From Cercozoa sp. M6MM (taxonomy: Eukaryota > Protista > Endomyxa: Ascetosporea): DNA of 64,000 nt. Both the position numbers and the translations under genes were made by a program. The stretch is from assembly GCA_040357565.1 (NCBI GenBank), contig JBDODJ010000031.1. The stretch is one strand, 5' to 3'. How positions within the stretch are numbered: position 1 is the stretch's first letter; each line of letters starts with the position of its first letter. Below, in pieces: positions 17,664 to 37,375 of the stretch. The notes below the pieces were generated by a model. That model was not told the origin of the DNA. It did not search any database and saw only the letters and a program-made list of their open reading frames with translations.

Positions 17664-17949
17664 CGGCCGGTACCTACGCGACAGTCTCTACATCGCATAT
17701 ACAATTCGTTTGTACTGTCATATTCGTCGGACCGGAGAGCATCATTTGTTTGTTTTTACGTACGGTACGGTATCAATGATACTGTGGCTTGCATGCGACG
17801 GCACGATCAGATCGCATGCTACGTACAGTAAAATTCGAGGCAGTTCGAGCTCGGGTCGATGAAACAATCAGTTGAAGCCAGTGGCATCAGTGCCAAAAGG
17901 TAACCAGTATGGTCTACAATGACACGCGAGTGACCGGACGCGCGTTCAA

Positions 17950-19408
17950 ATGGTACGACAATGCCACCGTGAGTCCGGATGCGCGCCCGGTAGATATCGA
18001 CTTTCCTGTTCCTTTAATCAGTCTTCGTTTACGATGACAGGGTGCCGACTGCGTTGCAACAGCTGCGTCTCGGTTTCTTCAATCATTTGCTCCTACGAAA
18101 ACAAACAGTCATATTAACAACGCGAGGTACAAACAGACTCGAAGTTAAATTTACCTGCACAGAGTGGTCGCACTCAAACAGAAGCGGCAACATCAGCGGT
18201 GCGTAAAAGACAGCATCAAGCGAGCGTGACTATTGGGACAGTAGAAACTCAACCGATCCATCGACGACGCGAAGGAAACAAACTGAATGAGAATCGTACC
18301 AGTAGGGTAGCCTGGTCCCAGTCCAACAAAATGCCAAGCAACGGGAGCAGCAAAAAATCTGTCCAAATTAAAGTATGCGCTTTGGCCGACAAAGACGGTG
18401 ACGAGAGTTCTGGACCAAGTCGGGTACCTGCAAGTCCAATTGTTCCCGCGAACACGGCGAGAGTCGCCGCGCGCGTCTTACTTCGGTTGCGTAGTCGCCA
18501 CAAGGATACATACTACAGACGGACAAGGAAATGCATCAACTGAATAGTATTCGACAAAGAGAGCACGGCAAAGCAGGCTGCCAATGCGTAGTAGGCCACC
18601 ATGATAGCAGTTGCGACACCCTCCTCCTTGATTTCTGCGGCTCACCAGAAATCGTAGGAGTAAATTTAGGTTCAAGCTTGATTTACTGACTGGTACCACC
18701 CTTGTCATCAATGCCTGAATAGCTCACAATGAGCACTACACTCGCCGATACGGATCTGCGCAGGTCTCAGCAGCTTCAATACCTCGTAAACCACAGAAAG
18801 GTCCGTTACCCAAAGACTGCCGTGAAGAGCATGAACAGTCGCTTGCCGAGCTTCAATGGAAACCAACACATTCCCAGAACTGCGCATGCCATGTACAATA
18901 CGACAACCCAAGCTAGACGAAAACTGTGTTACCAATGTAGACAGTAGCGGCGACACAAAGCAAAACCAGAAAGACGCTTGTCTACGATTGTGCAAGTATG
19001 TGCTGCTGGTACTTCGCAGACACTCATGCGCAAAGAGTAATTTTACAACAATTTTCTGTGATCCCTCTGAGAGCGAGTCACTCCAGTGTATTTGCACCGC
19101 TCTCACTGTGTGCAGGTAAATTTAACTTACATCTCTCTCCACCACATAGGCAAGTACAGAAGTCAATGCATACATGCGCTAGCAGCCGTCTGCATGGTGA
19201 GATACGCCGCAAACAGCTTTCGCTCCGATGAGGCGCGCTGCCACCATCTTACTCGCACCAGGAGGCAGCACAGCAGACATGACTATTTTCAGGGAACAAA
19301 AGTATCGGTCCCCCTCCCTCTCCTACAAAAACAAGCTTGCACAAACTTGCAAAAACTTACAGTAGCCCACACAAGGAATCCAATACTGTCACCGGTATCT
19401 TTGTTCAT
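17950..19408 (-). CDS. Multipass (possibly 7TM, THH1/TOM1- or GPCR-like) membrane protein; 3' end approximate
   Basis: MNKDTGDSIGFLVWAT|SCLLCCLLVRVRWWQRASSERKLFAAYL; further hydrophobic exons such as VATAIMVAYYALAACFAVLFVEYY and AATLAVFAGTIGLA. Confidence 0.5.
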
Positions 19409-19687
19409 TTTCAAGGCCAGTTTAGCATATGATTGCTCGTTTCATATTAGATACAGTCCAGTAGCATAGTATTGTAGCCCAGAAGCGGACAATTCTGACA
19501 GAAGTACTTGTACTGTACCGCACAATTTGTACTGTAGCCGGACACCTGGTCACGCGACCCCTGCCGCGCCGCGCCGCACCGTACGCTCACCATTCTACTG
19601 TAGCAGGTCAGATATAGCAGGTAATGTAACCTACTGCCTGGTTCACATGATGTTGTTGGTTGTGAAATTTTTTTCTTTTCCTAGACC

Positions 19688-20986
19688 ATGAGCCTCGCAG
19701 CAGTGCAGGAAAACCCGCTGCCGTATCTGGTGGCCCTGGGTGCAGTTGCTCTCGGCCTCCTAACCTTTTTGAAGAAGCCGTCGAAGCAGGGTGCGACACA
19801 GCATCATTTTTTTTGCATCGCTGTTCGCTTTTTTGACTTGTTTCGTGCAGTGGCCCTGAATGCATCTGAGTGGCGCAGCTTCCAGCTTATTGAGCGCGTG
19901 GATGTGTCGCACAACACGCGTCGCTTCCGTTTCGCCCTGCAGACGCCGCAGACCACGCTCGTACGTCAGCTTGGTCTTGTCCTTGTCACGCTGGATATGC
20001 GCAATGTTCACAGGGCTTGCCGATTGGCCAGCACATGTGCCTGCGTTTCACGAACGCCGACGGCGAGGAGATCGTGCGCAAGTACACGCCGACTACCGTA
20101 CATTTTCAAATGCAGATCTGCAGGGAAGTTGTTGTGTTACTGGTCTACTTGGCCTCACAGAGCGACGACGAGAAGGGCTACTTTGACCTCGTGATCAAGG
20201 TGTACGAAAAGGGCCAGATGACACAGCACCTCGAGCACATGAAGGTCGGCGACAACATCGAGGTGCGTGGCCCCACGGGCAGCATCACTTACTCGGCTCG
20301 CGGCGAGTTCACCTTCGCTTCGCGCAAGGGCGCCATCGTTAAGAATGTGCCTCTGTTTCACTGTGTTGTTCCTATGCATTGTCGGTATGTACCTGTTTAC
20401 TCGCCGGTCGTGCTCCCTGCAGGTGAAGCGTATCGGCATGATTGCCGGCGGTACGGGCCTGACGCCGATGCTGCAGATCGCGCGCCAGATGATGAAGGAC
20501 AAGGCCGACAACACCGAAGTCTCGCTCATCTTCGCCAACGTCAACGAGGAGGTACCCTGTGCACACCGATGCCTTTGTGCAATTGTGCAAACCCTATATC
20601 CTCGGCTTTTTAAAGGATATCCTGCTGCGCAATGAGCTCGAGAAGATGGCTGATGGTACTTGTGTTGTCTACATGTGTTTGTTGTTTTTACTGTGTGAGT
20701 TACAGACGAGGAGCGCTTCTCGCTGTACCACGTGCTGAACAACCCGCCAGCCGGCTGGACGCAGGGCGAGGGCTTTGTCAACCAGGAGCACATTCGCGCC
20801 AACATTCCTGCGCCTGCCGACGACGTGCTGGTCCTGCTGTGCGGCCCGCCGCCAATGATCAAGGCCATGTACCATCACTATGTTTTCTGCTTTGTGTCGC
20901 TTTGTATCCTGTGTGTGTATGTGTGGCACAGGAAGGGCCACCTCGAGGCTCTCGGTTACGACAAGTCAAGCGTCAAGGCCTTCTAA
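19688..20986 (+). CDS. CYB5R: NADH-cytochrome b5 reductase with N-terminal membrane anchor
   Basis: [73 protein letters not shown]; probable 5'UTR intron 19621-19684. Confidence 0.95.
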
Positions 20987-21419
20987 CTAACATAAATTTC
21001 GTTTCCGGCACGGCATTCAGTTGTTTTGCGTCTTCATCGTTCTGTTGGCTTCCGTTGGTTACTGCGCGGCACCTTTCAATTTCAATTATTCGATTGGTTA
21101 AATTATCATTCGATTCCGTTCCGTTCAGTTCACGTCGCGCTTTTCTAAAGGATAAACTGGCGTGGCACGCATTGACTCTTCTTACATTAGAGGTGTTAAG
21201 CTCAATGAATTGCAGATTAGAGCCCAGGTAATCGAATGGACGAAAACTCACATTTCATGTGGGCTGCACATCATCCACCATGAAGTGCGGACGAGTTCGC
21301 GTCACCGTGCTTTCTCACTACGCCGGACAAAAAGGTACTCAGACCAGCAAAGCAGAAACAGTGCAGTCACACTGTGCGTGCAAGTACCGTGAATGGCGTT
21401 ATCAAATCGGCGGTATCGG

Positions 21420-27084
<5,665 letters not shown>

Positions 27085-27658
27085 TCCAAGGCACTTTAAA
27101 CGGCCTTCTGTATACTGCGGTGCACGTACTTTCAGACAACACCAGCTGTACAGTACAATGTTCTGTACATTACTGTACAAGTATCGATATTACCGGCTCG
27201 AGATAATGAGCCGAAGACAAAAAACGAACCAGAGCAGAGAGAATACTCAGAAAAGTACAGTTATTGTAAGTCCGTGCGTGCGCTTGGTCTGCACCAGCAA
27301 CGTGCTGCCCTATGGTAAATCAAACTGTCAATTTTTGCATCTTTCTTTCGCCTCCTGTCCCTGGGTTTCTCTCTCTCTTCCTCTGGTGACTATGCATCTT
27401 CGGGTCATTTTGATGGCGACTGATCAACACCCCCAGGCCTGTTAAGTGGCCAACCTTTTCGGGTTGGGTTGACCCTTCCGAGTCATTCTCCGATCGATCA
27501 TTGATCAATGACACATTGAGTCAGATACCAATTCCGGTTGTAATCATTGTTTTTGGAAGATGTTTTTGTCTTTGTATCTTTGTTTTTTTTTTGCACATCA
27601 TTCCAATCATTATCGATGTATCAATTTGCACCTGTAGGACCCACTCCAGCAACTGGTA

Positions 27659-30600
27659 ATGGGCCAAAGCACTGCTCCATCAGCAGTGCATTTGCGCAGC
27701 TGCCACGGCAGGTTCCTCTGTGCGACTCCTGAAGGCATTCTCATAGCCGATCGTGATAGCTCAAGTGTTTGGGAGACGTTTACTGTCATTCCGAGTGTAC
27801 ACACATTTCCTTCAATCATTCGTATGAGTCATATGTGGAGTATTATCCGTTTTGTGCAGCCAAGCGTGCCGGGTGCTTTTGCACTGCAAACGGCACACGG
27901 AAGTTACGTTTGTGCTGAGGTATCGATATCCCTTGTTTTTTTTTTTTTTTTTTTTGACCATTACATGCTATAACTGCACGTGCAGGGGTCAGGCATGATG
28001 GTTGCGAACCGAATGGACATTAATGATCCAGACACTGCAATGCGCTTTCTCATCACTGTTAGTTTACATTTTTAAACACAACATGCAGTTTGCTCATGTT
28101 TATTCATGTTGTTTTCACAGGCTCCGGGTACGTGTGTGCTGCAGTCGGCACGATACAGCAAATACATGTAGCTTCGTGCGCTCAGCTTGCATACTGATGC
28201 TTCGCTTACCGCTTTAGTCGCTGTGCAGGAGTGCCCAACCGGATGGTCGCTTGGAGTGCAACCGTGACCAGGTCAGTTTGTTCGCAGTTAGTGCACTGAG
28301 TTGACACGTGCGCCTGTGATGTGCATGCATGTAAACAGGTCCAACAGTGGGAGACCTTCTACTACATGATCGCTGGCATGGTGCCGATGCAGCAGCCGGT
28401 TCTGCAGCCAATGCAGCCAATGCCAATGCAGCCAACGCAGCCCCAGCCGATCCAGATGCAGCCTGTTCAGCAGCAGGTATCCTCTCCTTTTGCTAGCTCA
28501 TATTTTGTGAGCCCCACTGTGTCAGCAGGCGCCTACGACAGGCACATTTGTTCCGTCTCCTGTCAACGTGTCTCCAGGTACAAAATTGTTTACTACAACA
28601 TGTTAAAAACGATGAAAGTGTGACTTATCTTGTTGTGTTGATGGCTTGCAGCTGACCATACCTTTGAGATCGAGGACAAAACCGACGAGGGTGCAAAGAC
28701 ATGTGGCATGGACGCTCTGAAAGTCAAGCGTGTCATCCTGGTGGTAAATCGATGTAAATTTGTAATCAACAGAGTTTGATTGATTCATTGTATATTGTGA
28801 ACTTTGTTTGTTTTGTAGATCAAGATGATTATGGGAATCATCTCTTTCGTTCTTGCCTACCGTAGCACCATCCCCACTCTATTACTATTTGTAGCGCTTT
28901 TGTGTGAATAGTTATGTTGAAGTAGATATATTTATGTATATTGTGTGAGTATGTATTTGATTGCTATAAAATGCTTTAGAGGCGTGGTCCGCCTGGGATG
29001 ACGCTGGAGATGAATTTGTCATTCTCGAAAAAAACTTCAACACGCCGCCAGTGGTAGCAACTTTTGCATGTTCCTGCCGTGAATTTACACAACTTATCGT
29101 GTGCAAATCTTTCACAGGTGGACGCAATCTGGGTTCACACTTCTGTCTCGGGTCGAGAACCGAGTGCTTGCCCTAACGACTATGAGCCAGCGGACCCTCT
29201 GTTCTTCCCGGGCGTCCAGCGCACCAATGACTCGGTATAATCTGACTGCAATTTTTAATTTGTAGTGCAATTTTTCATTTTTGTATTTAGAGCACGTTCT
29301 GTGGTTCTACCAACATCAACATCGAGGTACCCGTGCGAGTCTTTTCACACGGCTTGTTTTGTCATACTGATTTCTGCTGTAAATTAGCCTTCCAAAATGA
29401 GCGATACCGGTTGCCCTGCCGGCTCCAATACTATCCTTCGTCCTGTGGTATTGTCTAGAGTACTCTGTGCACGCTTTTTATCGCATGTGCGTGCTATTTG
29501 TGTCCAAAGGAACCAGTGCCGTTGTTCTTCACGTCGGAACACTGTGCGTTCGAAGGTGTCCAGCCCGGCGATAGCTCAATTCCAAACAACCGTATGATTT
29601 CTTTTCCTTTTCCTTTTCCTTTTTTCCGTTGAATTTGTTAGTTCGGTGTTTTTGCAGCGTGCGGTCTCCGCAGCGACAACCCGGTCGATGGAAGTCTCTC
29701 TCAGACAGCGCAAGTATAATCACCATGCATGTGTATTGTTCCACGGCTCAATACGATGTGGCAGGACCCTGTGCGTCGACTTGGCACGCTATGTGTTAAA
29801 AGAGGCACTCAAAAGTAGTCCTGCTTTACGTACCCACTGTTGCCTTACAGTATTCATACCGTATTCTGATTCCGTTTTTTAATTGTAAGCAGTGCGCGTG
29901 AACGAAAGAGTGTCTTTGGCGATGCAGCGTGTCCCAAACACATGTAAATCGCGTCTGTCCCTAAAATTGTTTCTTTTATCGAGCAAATATCAATGGGTTC
30001 TTAATGCAGGTTCAAGTGCACTGATTCAAATGAGACCGAGGCCACGACGGAGTACCAGTGCGTCGACTCGGAGTTCGACTGTCCCTGGTCTGTGACTCTA
30101 CTCTGTCGGGGCTAGCCTGTTTTGGTGAAATGTGCAAGAAATTTTCCAAAAAAAAAACACGTGCAGGACGGAGATGGCAGTGTTCAGCACAAATCAGGCT
30201 CTGCCTGCGCCCGCCGACGACACTACTGACACCAAGGTCCGTGTGTCTCGCGTTTGTGCGTCGTTTGCACTTATGTTGATTACGTAGGTTTCTCTCGGTG
30301 AGTGGAAGTGCGCTGGTATGGGCAGCACTGACATGCAGGTATTTTAATAGCTGGAAGACGGCCACTTTTGTCTTATTTAGACTGTTGTCTTTGACGCAGA
30401 CAGTCGTGTGTGGACGTGCCACGTCGGGCGGAGCGCCTCTCACTGGTAAATTTCCAGTGTGGCAGTACCGCTGACCTTTGATAAAATGTATGTGCAGTCG
30501 TGGGCAAATTCGGCGGTGGTGCACGCTGCCTCAAGAACAACGGTCGTTCGGTAACACTTAATTGTCAGTATATCCTTCCAAATGTCTGTCTTCATGACTT

Positions 30601-32214
30601 TGATAAGTGGTACTTTAACTGCAGCATTCCCGTTCGGGTGGCATCGGCGGCTTGCTGACTACGTACTCAAAGCTGGGTGATCTGGTACGCCATTTATGCC
30701 CGTGTTACGGTCGTTGTAACCTGTTTTGTCGTAGGTGTACTCGCTCTCGAACGAGAAGATTGACAAGGAAATGCGCGAGCGCTACCAAAAGTACATGGCG
30801 TTTCTTTTCTCAGAATATGTGTATGCACGAACCCGAGTTCTGGCAGGTGCGATAACCCGGACCCTCGATGGATCACTGTGCACAAGGGTATACACGGCGC
30901 AACTCTCATACGGCATAGGTTTATTCGTATGGCACGTTTAACTGCTGCTATTTTCAGAATCCGAGTCATCTATGTGGTGGGCCAACCTGTACAAGAGTTC
31001 AACGAAGTACCACGCCTTCCAGGTATTAGCATTTGTGCTAACCTCGAACGGTTTCACCGCCCATTCATCGTAGGCTCACGGCGAGCCGAGCATTGACATC
31101 TCGCTCCTTGCCTTCCAGCAGGTCGAGTGGAGAGCTGGTGTTGAAGGCACAACGTGTGATGGTATTAACCTACCTGTCTATAAACTGCATCAGAACTCGT
31201 GGTTTGCCTTGACAGTGTCCCGTGACACTATTGCAAGCCGCGCTGAAGGAGTCAACAACCTCGTATTTTTGTTCGCATACAACTGACTATCTTTGGGACG
31301 CTGTATGTAAGTTTATGCGTTTAGGTGAACGCCCAGCTAGTTCTTGCCATCCTTTCGGGTGATTTAGCGAACTTCATTTGCGTTATGGCTTAAACAGCTT
31401 TGTTGTGTTTGTTGTGTGCAGGTGCAATCGCACTGTGCGTGAACATGTAAATTGCCTTTGCTTTCATTCTACTTTGTGTGCGGTCCCCTCAATTTACTAA
31501 ATGAACTCAGTCTGTACGGTGCGTGGGAGTTCGCTCAAAAGGACGATCCGGGTTGGCATGACGATACGCCCGAGCGTATCAATATTTCGAGTTTTTGAAG
31601 CATTATGGTAAGCTAAAACTTATGTGTGGCAGAGGTCACGCGTCGTCGCATGAAGATCGGACTTGTCTTGTTGGCGGGCTTGGTCAAAATGATTCTATTA
31701 GTCGTGTGTCTCGCCTGGTCGGGTGCTCTTTGGCGCGTGTTCGAGTATGTTGTTTTCTTTTTTCTCAACATGCCTACTATATGCTTCTGCATTGGCTGCG
31801 ATTTGAGGGTTGTCATTGTTCAGCGGTGTGTCGTCGGACGGCTGTACCACCGACGAGGCCACTTTGGTACTTGTCCACAGTCCACACCCACACACACACA
31901 CACACACACAAGATTTTCAAATTTGTGATTTCTGGCTTTTAATTATCCTGCAGGATGCTCTGGAGTTCCTCGAGGTGAACATCGCCAAGATTCGCAAGTT
32001 TAACATTGCTCTTTTCTGGTACAATCGGTCTCAGATTCATTGAATCGTCCTTTACGTGCGCGTTTCCCTCGCAGTGTTGCCTTTGTCGGCCTTGCTCTCG
32101 AAGTCCGTGCTCTTTACAAGAGCTACAAGGTACCCATTTGCAGGTTATCGTCTTGTCTTTGGTTAAGCTTGCCTCGCACAGGACCGTAACGAGCGCCCGG
32201 CTCTCTGCGCGTGA
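27659..32214 (+). CDS. Fascin-like beta-trefoil + P/Q-rich linker + multipass membrane protein with Cys-rich ectodomain; start approximate
   Basis: Three fascin repeats (LRSCHGRFLCA..WETF; LQTAHGSYVCAE; SAQPDGRLECNRDQ|VQQWETF), QPMQP linker, TM KRVILV|IKMIMGIISFVLAY, ectodomain exons, three further hydrophobic segments, stop ...RPALCA*. Confidence 0.65.
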
Positions 32215-32439
32215 GTGTCGCCCTCGCATTTTGAGTTCAATCAGTTCAGATTAACAATGACGGCCAATGTCCCGTCCTCTCGTCTTCCAGCGAGCACCGC
32301 ACTATATCATTGTGAAAACTTCGTTTCGCTCGCTTTCGTCTATGCGATGTTAGTTTGTTGCCGTGCGAGATTGCCAATGCAAGTCTTAGTGAAGACAACG
32401 ACTAACGTAAAGAAAAGTAAGAATTTGAGGTAGTTTAAA

Positions 32440-33045
32440 TTAGTGTTCGCTCGACGTCTCACCGCACGTCAACGCAACAAACTGAAAGATATAAGATAGG
32501 AGGTTACCTAAGGCAGAGCCGTCGTTAAAGTTGAGAGTGTAAAGAGGTGTGTTCGAAGAACTCAACAAACAAAAACCCTCTTGCCCGCTCAAGATAGAGC
32601 AAGTCAGTTGCTTCAATGTCAACAAGCACGGTATTACCTGATATCTGGAAAGAGGGCTGTGTTCAATTCTTGAAGCAGTTTCGAGCTGCTCGCCACTCTA
32701 CCAAACACAGGGTATACCAAGCTTGGCAACCTCGATTGCTAAGCTACCAGCTCTCAACCTTCGCAAAACACTCTATTGCTTTTTGGCATGACTTGGTAGC
32801 TGAATGCTTGGAAACTTGTTATTTGTCAACATCAATCAATCTACTCGGCTGACTACTTGCTCCGCGTGGAAGCACCAACCTGGAAGAAGATGTCGTGGGG
32901 AACTTCAAAAGGGGGAGTTGGATGGCCCCATCCTGCGCTAAGCGGGCAGCGGAATACGGTCATGCGCTTGTGACCCACCCCAAAACTGGTACAGCAGAGA
33001 ATCGACATCGTTGGTTTCTTCGTCGCGTAGACTGAACTAACTAAC
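32440..33045 (+). mobile_element. Decayed 3' portion of non-LTR retroelement (copy E)
   Basis: GAAGAAGATGTC.TGGGGAACTTCAAAAGGGG..GTTGGAT is shared with 13643-13681; CTTGTGACCCAC; tail GTAGACTGAACTAACTAAC; ORF-end remnant SINLLG. Confidence 0.8.
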
Positions 33046-33099
33046 GTAAACGTAACGTAAGTAACAAAGCCGTCACGTCAATCAAACTGAACGAAGGAA

Positions 33100-34767
33100 T
33101 CATAATGATTCAGTTTGAAGTAGCGTAGAATGTGAGACGAGAAGCGAAGAGAAGAACAACCGGGGTCGTTGAGTCGTAGCCGTTACCGTCCGTCTCGGAA
33201 AACCGTAGACCACTGCAGAGCAACTGACCAGCTGACGAGTAGACGAGAATTCTCTTTTGCCAGCTGGCAAAGTCAATCTACACAGAACAGGCTTATTTAA
33301 ACAGGTCCAGTAACAGCTCTGTAGGCAGCAGTACCGCAAAGCCTTAAATCTCTTCTTTTGCTTCAATGATAGAAGACCGACCGGTCAGCCTGTGCTCATA
33401 CGCGCGATACTCATAATCTGAATCAGCCCGAACAACAAGTCAGTGACACGTAAGGTTAGATTAGTTGTACCCAGTGGCACGGCAGCTTCACCGATGCGAG
33501 TTAAGTTGGAAGCATAAGAAACGGTGCTCAGCGCAACTGGCGCGGAGGTGAGCGGTGCCGCAAATGACGCCGCATTCGCTTTTGTCGCTCCAGGGCGCGG
33601 CATTGCGTCTGTTCGGGTGAACAAGCACAAATAACAGCCGTACAGATGTTTAATCCGGTGCGAGGCAAAGCAACAAAAAGAGAACACACCTGAAGCACAA
33701 GCGCCACACCCAAAGCAGTGACCAAGACCAAGTGTGATGTTTCCGTACTGTCCCAGACTACAGTCGCATCTGTAGATACATCTGCACAAAAGAAGGAGGA
33801 GAACTGCGCACCAGCAACCAGAAGACGAACAGGAACTTGCTGACAAGCGTAGTAGCCCGTCACAATGCCCTGTCATTTCGTGTGTCTTCATATCCCACAT
33901 ATACACAAAGAAGTGGGCAAACCCACCGAAAACAAGGCGCACAATGAAGGCCCGCGCTGCAACAGAAGCCAAGTGTGCTGCCACTGCCAACTCTGCAGCG
34001 ACCATACAGCACAGGAGCGTGTATTCTGTCTCTCAAGGAGATAGGAGGTAAGAAGTACCTCATGCGAGTGTAGTCTTATGAAACGTCGCAGCAGCTCGGC
34101 GTGTCGTTGCACGTGTTTAACCGCTACAGGAAAAATTGAAAACTCACTGGCAACACCAAGAACAAGCAGGCACAATCTTACACGACAGGAGCAGTAGTGC
34201 GGCGGCGACGAGCACGACAGCATCGGCAACAGTTTTCTGGAGACCCACCAGCAGCAGCGGAACCGCTGCGACGAGCACGTGACTCGGTACCACTTGCGAT
34301 AGTGACCATGATGGCGGCGTAGGTGTTGCCGACAGTGAGGCTGTTGGAGCTGCGGCTGCTCGGAACCTTCTTGGTGAGCCAGGCACGCACCTGACTGGTG
34401 ACGGTGACCGTCGGCCCCGTGATGGTCTCATGTCAAGACGCTGGTGGGTGCGTGACCTTGGTGACACTGGGTAGACAGGCGGGCGTCCGTCAGTCACAAC
34501 CTCATCATCTGGGAGAATTTCATCGTCAGTATCGTCGCGCATCATGTCCAAGCTTCGCCGCTCATGAAAACAGAAAACGTCGCGTGTGTTGCTCGTGTTG
34601 AAGGCACCCTCATGGGTGTTTCGGTTGAGGTAGTTGGCCCCTTTAAAAGAAGCACTGGTATTCTCATTGGCACCGAACAGACCGGGCATGTCAAATGCCC
34701 CGCCGGTCCTTGTGTTGCCAGCCAAACCATTAAAGTCGCGACCTTGCTGACTCCCGCCGGCATCTGG

Positions 34768-34827
<60 letters not shown>

Positions 34828-34927
34828 NNNNNNNNNNNNNNNNNNNNNNNNNNNNNNNNNNNNNNNNNNNNNNNNNNNNNNNNNNNNNNNNNNNNNNNNN
34901 NNNNNNNNNNNNNNNNNNNNNNNNNNN

Positions 34928-34971
<44 letters not shown>

Positions 34972-36479
34972 CTAGCACTATAACGGCCAGCAAGCAAAGA
35001 ATGATACATCTGACTGGCAAAAACAAGGGCGCCAGCAGAGAATGCTCCGATGCGAGTGGCAAAACCAAAGCAGTCGCGACGACCACGCGCACCGTGTCGA
35101 CCAGCAGCACGTGTCGCAGGTTTCGTATGTGGAACAACTGTCCGTATACTGATACACAACGCACGCACACGCACACACGCACAGAGAGGGGGAGAGACAG
35201 GGAGAGAGAGGGGAAAGAGAGAACGGGGGAGAGAGTGGGGAGAGAGAGGGAAAGAGATGGAGAGAGGACAGGACATGACAGGACAGGGCAGGACAGGAGG
35301 AGGAAAAGAAAGTACCGGCAGCAACAGCGAGATGGCGAGAATAACGAGCGACACCGTCATCGCGTGACTGCTGTCACCGTCAGTGGCAGCACTGACCCAG
35401 GAGTGCAGGTCAACGACATCACGCGAAACGCTGCTATCGACGAGTGCCGTTACAGCGTCGCCGACAAGACTTACGGCACGGCACAGATGACGACTCAGCG
35501 ACACTATTGACCAAGTCACAGGCCACGTGAGCGACGGCGCAGCGAACGATGGCGTCTGCGGCAGTGAGGCTGACCACTGCAGGTGCCAGGCAAAGTGACG
35601 CAACTGCTCGGACGATGTCACCGAAGCACCGCTCCACAATGCATATACCGAATCGTCCTGAGATATACGGTCAATCAATCAGTAGGTGTATGTGTGTAGT
35701 TTGTGGACAATAAAGGCACAACTGACCAGTGAAACGGCGGCACAGTGGAAGTGCAGCACACCCAGAGACCATGCGAGCGACAGCAGCGACAGAAGCAGCA
35801 GACCCGCATGCATCAGCAACGACAAGAAGGAGCGCACACGGCTTGGACGACGCAATTCCGTATTAGGCAGCAGCAACTGCACCAAATTAACACAGTAATA
35901 GCGACAGAAACGCACAGCATACTACATTGTAAGCGAGCAGAGGTACCCCCTGCAAGATGAGATCGCCGCGCCGCAGAGTTCTCTCGACGGCGACGCAGCA
36001 ATCGCCGCACAGCGGGTACTTGCGCTCCATCCTCCGCTCTGAAAACACAGAAAAGCCTTATAAGCTTGCAAAGAAAACAGTGACCGTACGCGAAAGTCCT
36101 TTGGCAACGCCGTCGACGATTCGCTTTTGTTTCTGCGTGCACTGTTCACACAATTCAGTCAACCACAATACACTCAATCGCAAAAAGAGCGGTCGCAGGG
36201 CACCTCATCGCACAAAACAGGGTGCGCGGATTCCCGATTTTCACTGTTTTCGTTTAGACCGGACGTGCTCCTGTGCGGACTTGCGTCCAGCACATCGAAG
36301 CGGTAGCTGCCGTCCGAGCGGAAGCCGTTAAGACTGTCGCAGTGACGGCACTGCCACGCGTGCCGCACAGGTCGTTTCGCAGTGCTCTTTTTCGTCCAGT
36401 GTCCGCAGAACCAGCACTCCCGTGCGTACCACCTTCTGCTCGTTTCAAAGCATTGAAGCATCAAGCAAGTGCGCCTCAT
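33100..36479 (-). CDS. TMEM201/Samp1/Ima1-like inner nuclear membrane protein; ends approximate
   Basis: CWFCG...WQCRHCDSLNGFRSDGSY (Ima1_N zinc-binding signature), further CxxC pairs, several hydrophobic segments, low-complexity tail. Confidence 0.75.
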
Positions 36480-36786
36480 ATATTATGTACTTCCGATCTC
36501 GAAAACAATCGGCGCCCCGTACCGGAGAATGTCCATTACGCGAAGACACGCAAACTCTAGACACTATCTGGTGCGCACACACGCCTGCCGGCCTTCGATA
36601 ATTCTATCGTACCACTGTACTTGTACAGTAGATGATCGTCATCTTCTTCGATTGTAGCCGGCATTGTCTCATTGCCACACAGCAATTGGCGTGCAGTTTT
36701 ATAGCGCAGCACTGTGTGCTAATTTGTTTACTTTGGTTCTTTGTGTTGTCGCCGACCGCAGGCGCCAAATCCATCGACATTGAGAA

Positions 36787-37290
36787 ATGTCGGCACCGTC
36801 CGCCATGCCTGCCGACAACAAGGTGCACAGGAGTACATTTACGAATCCACAAAAACGCGGTGTGTGTGTGTGTGTGTGTGTATCCGCAGTCGTTGTCGGC
36901 AAGCGAAGTTGATTTTATGGCTCAAGACGTGCTGATCGATGTCACGCCGCATCGCACGCTCGCAGCGTTTCCAGGACTCACGGTATGAAGTAATTGAATC
37001 TTTTTGCCCAGTGCTGTTGCTTCGGAATAGACGAATCGCATGCATAGGGACACTTTGGACCGTTCCAGTTGGGTCAAAGAACACCAGTGCCAATCTGGTA
37101 AACTTGGTGGGAGTGGGTCTTTATGGCAGTGCCTGTACAAGCATATAGGTATTGTGTGCCTGCTATCGGCAGGTTGGCGCTGCAATTGTACAAAAACGGC
37201 GAGGCCGGCATCTCGTGTCCAAAGTGGCTCGATATCGAACACTTGAAACACCGCCTTGAGGATGAAAAACAGTTCGAGGTGTGTGTATGT

Positions 37291-37375
<85 letters not shown>

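Noticed and set aside
34828-34927. N runs (also 23417-23426, 25530-25539)
   Set aside because: Assembly gaps at microsatellites; exons could be missing there, but there is no biological signal.
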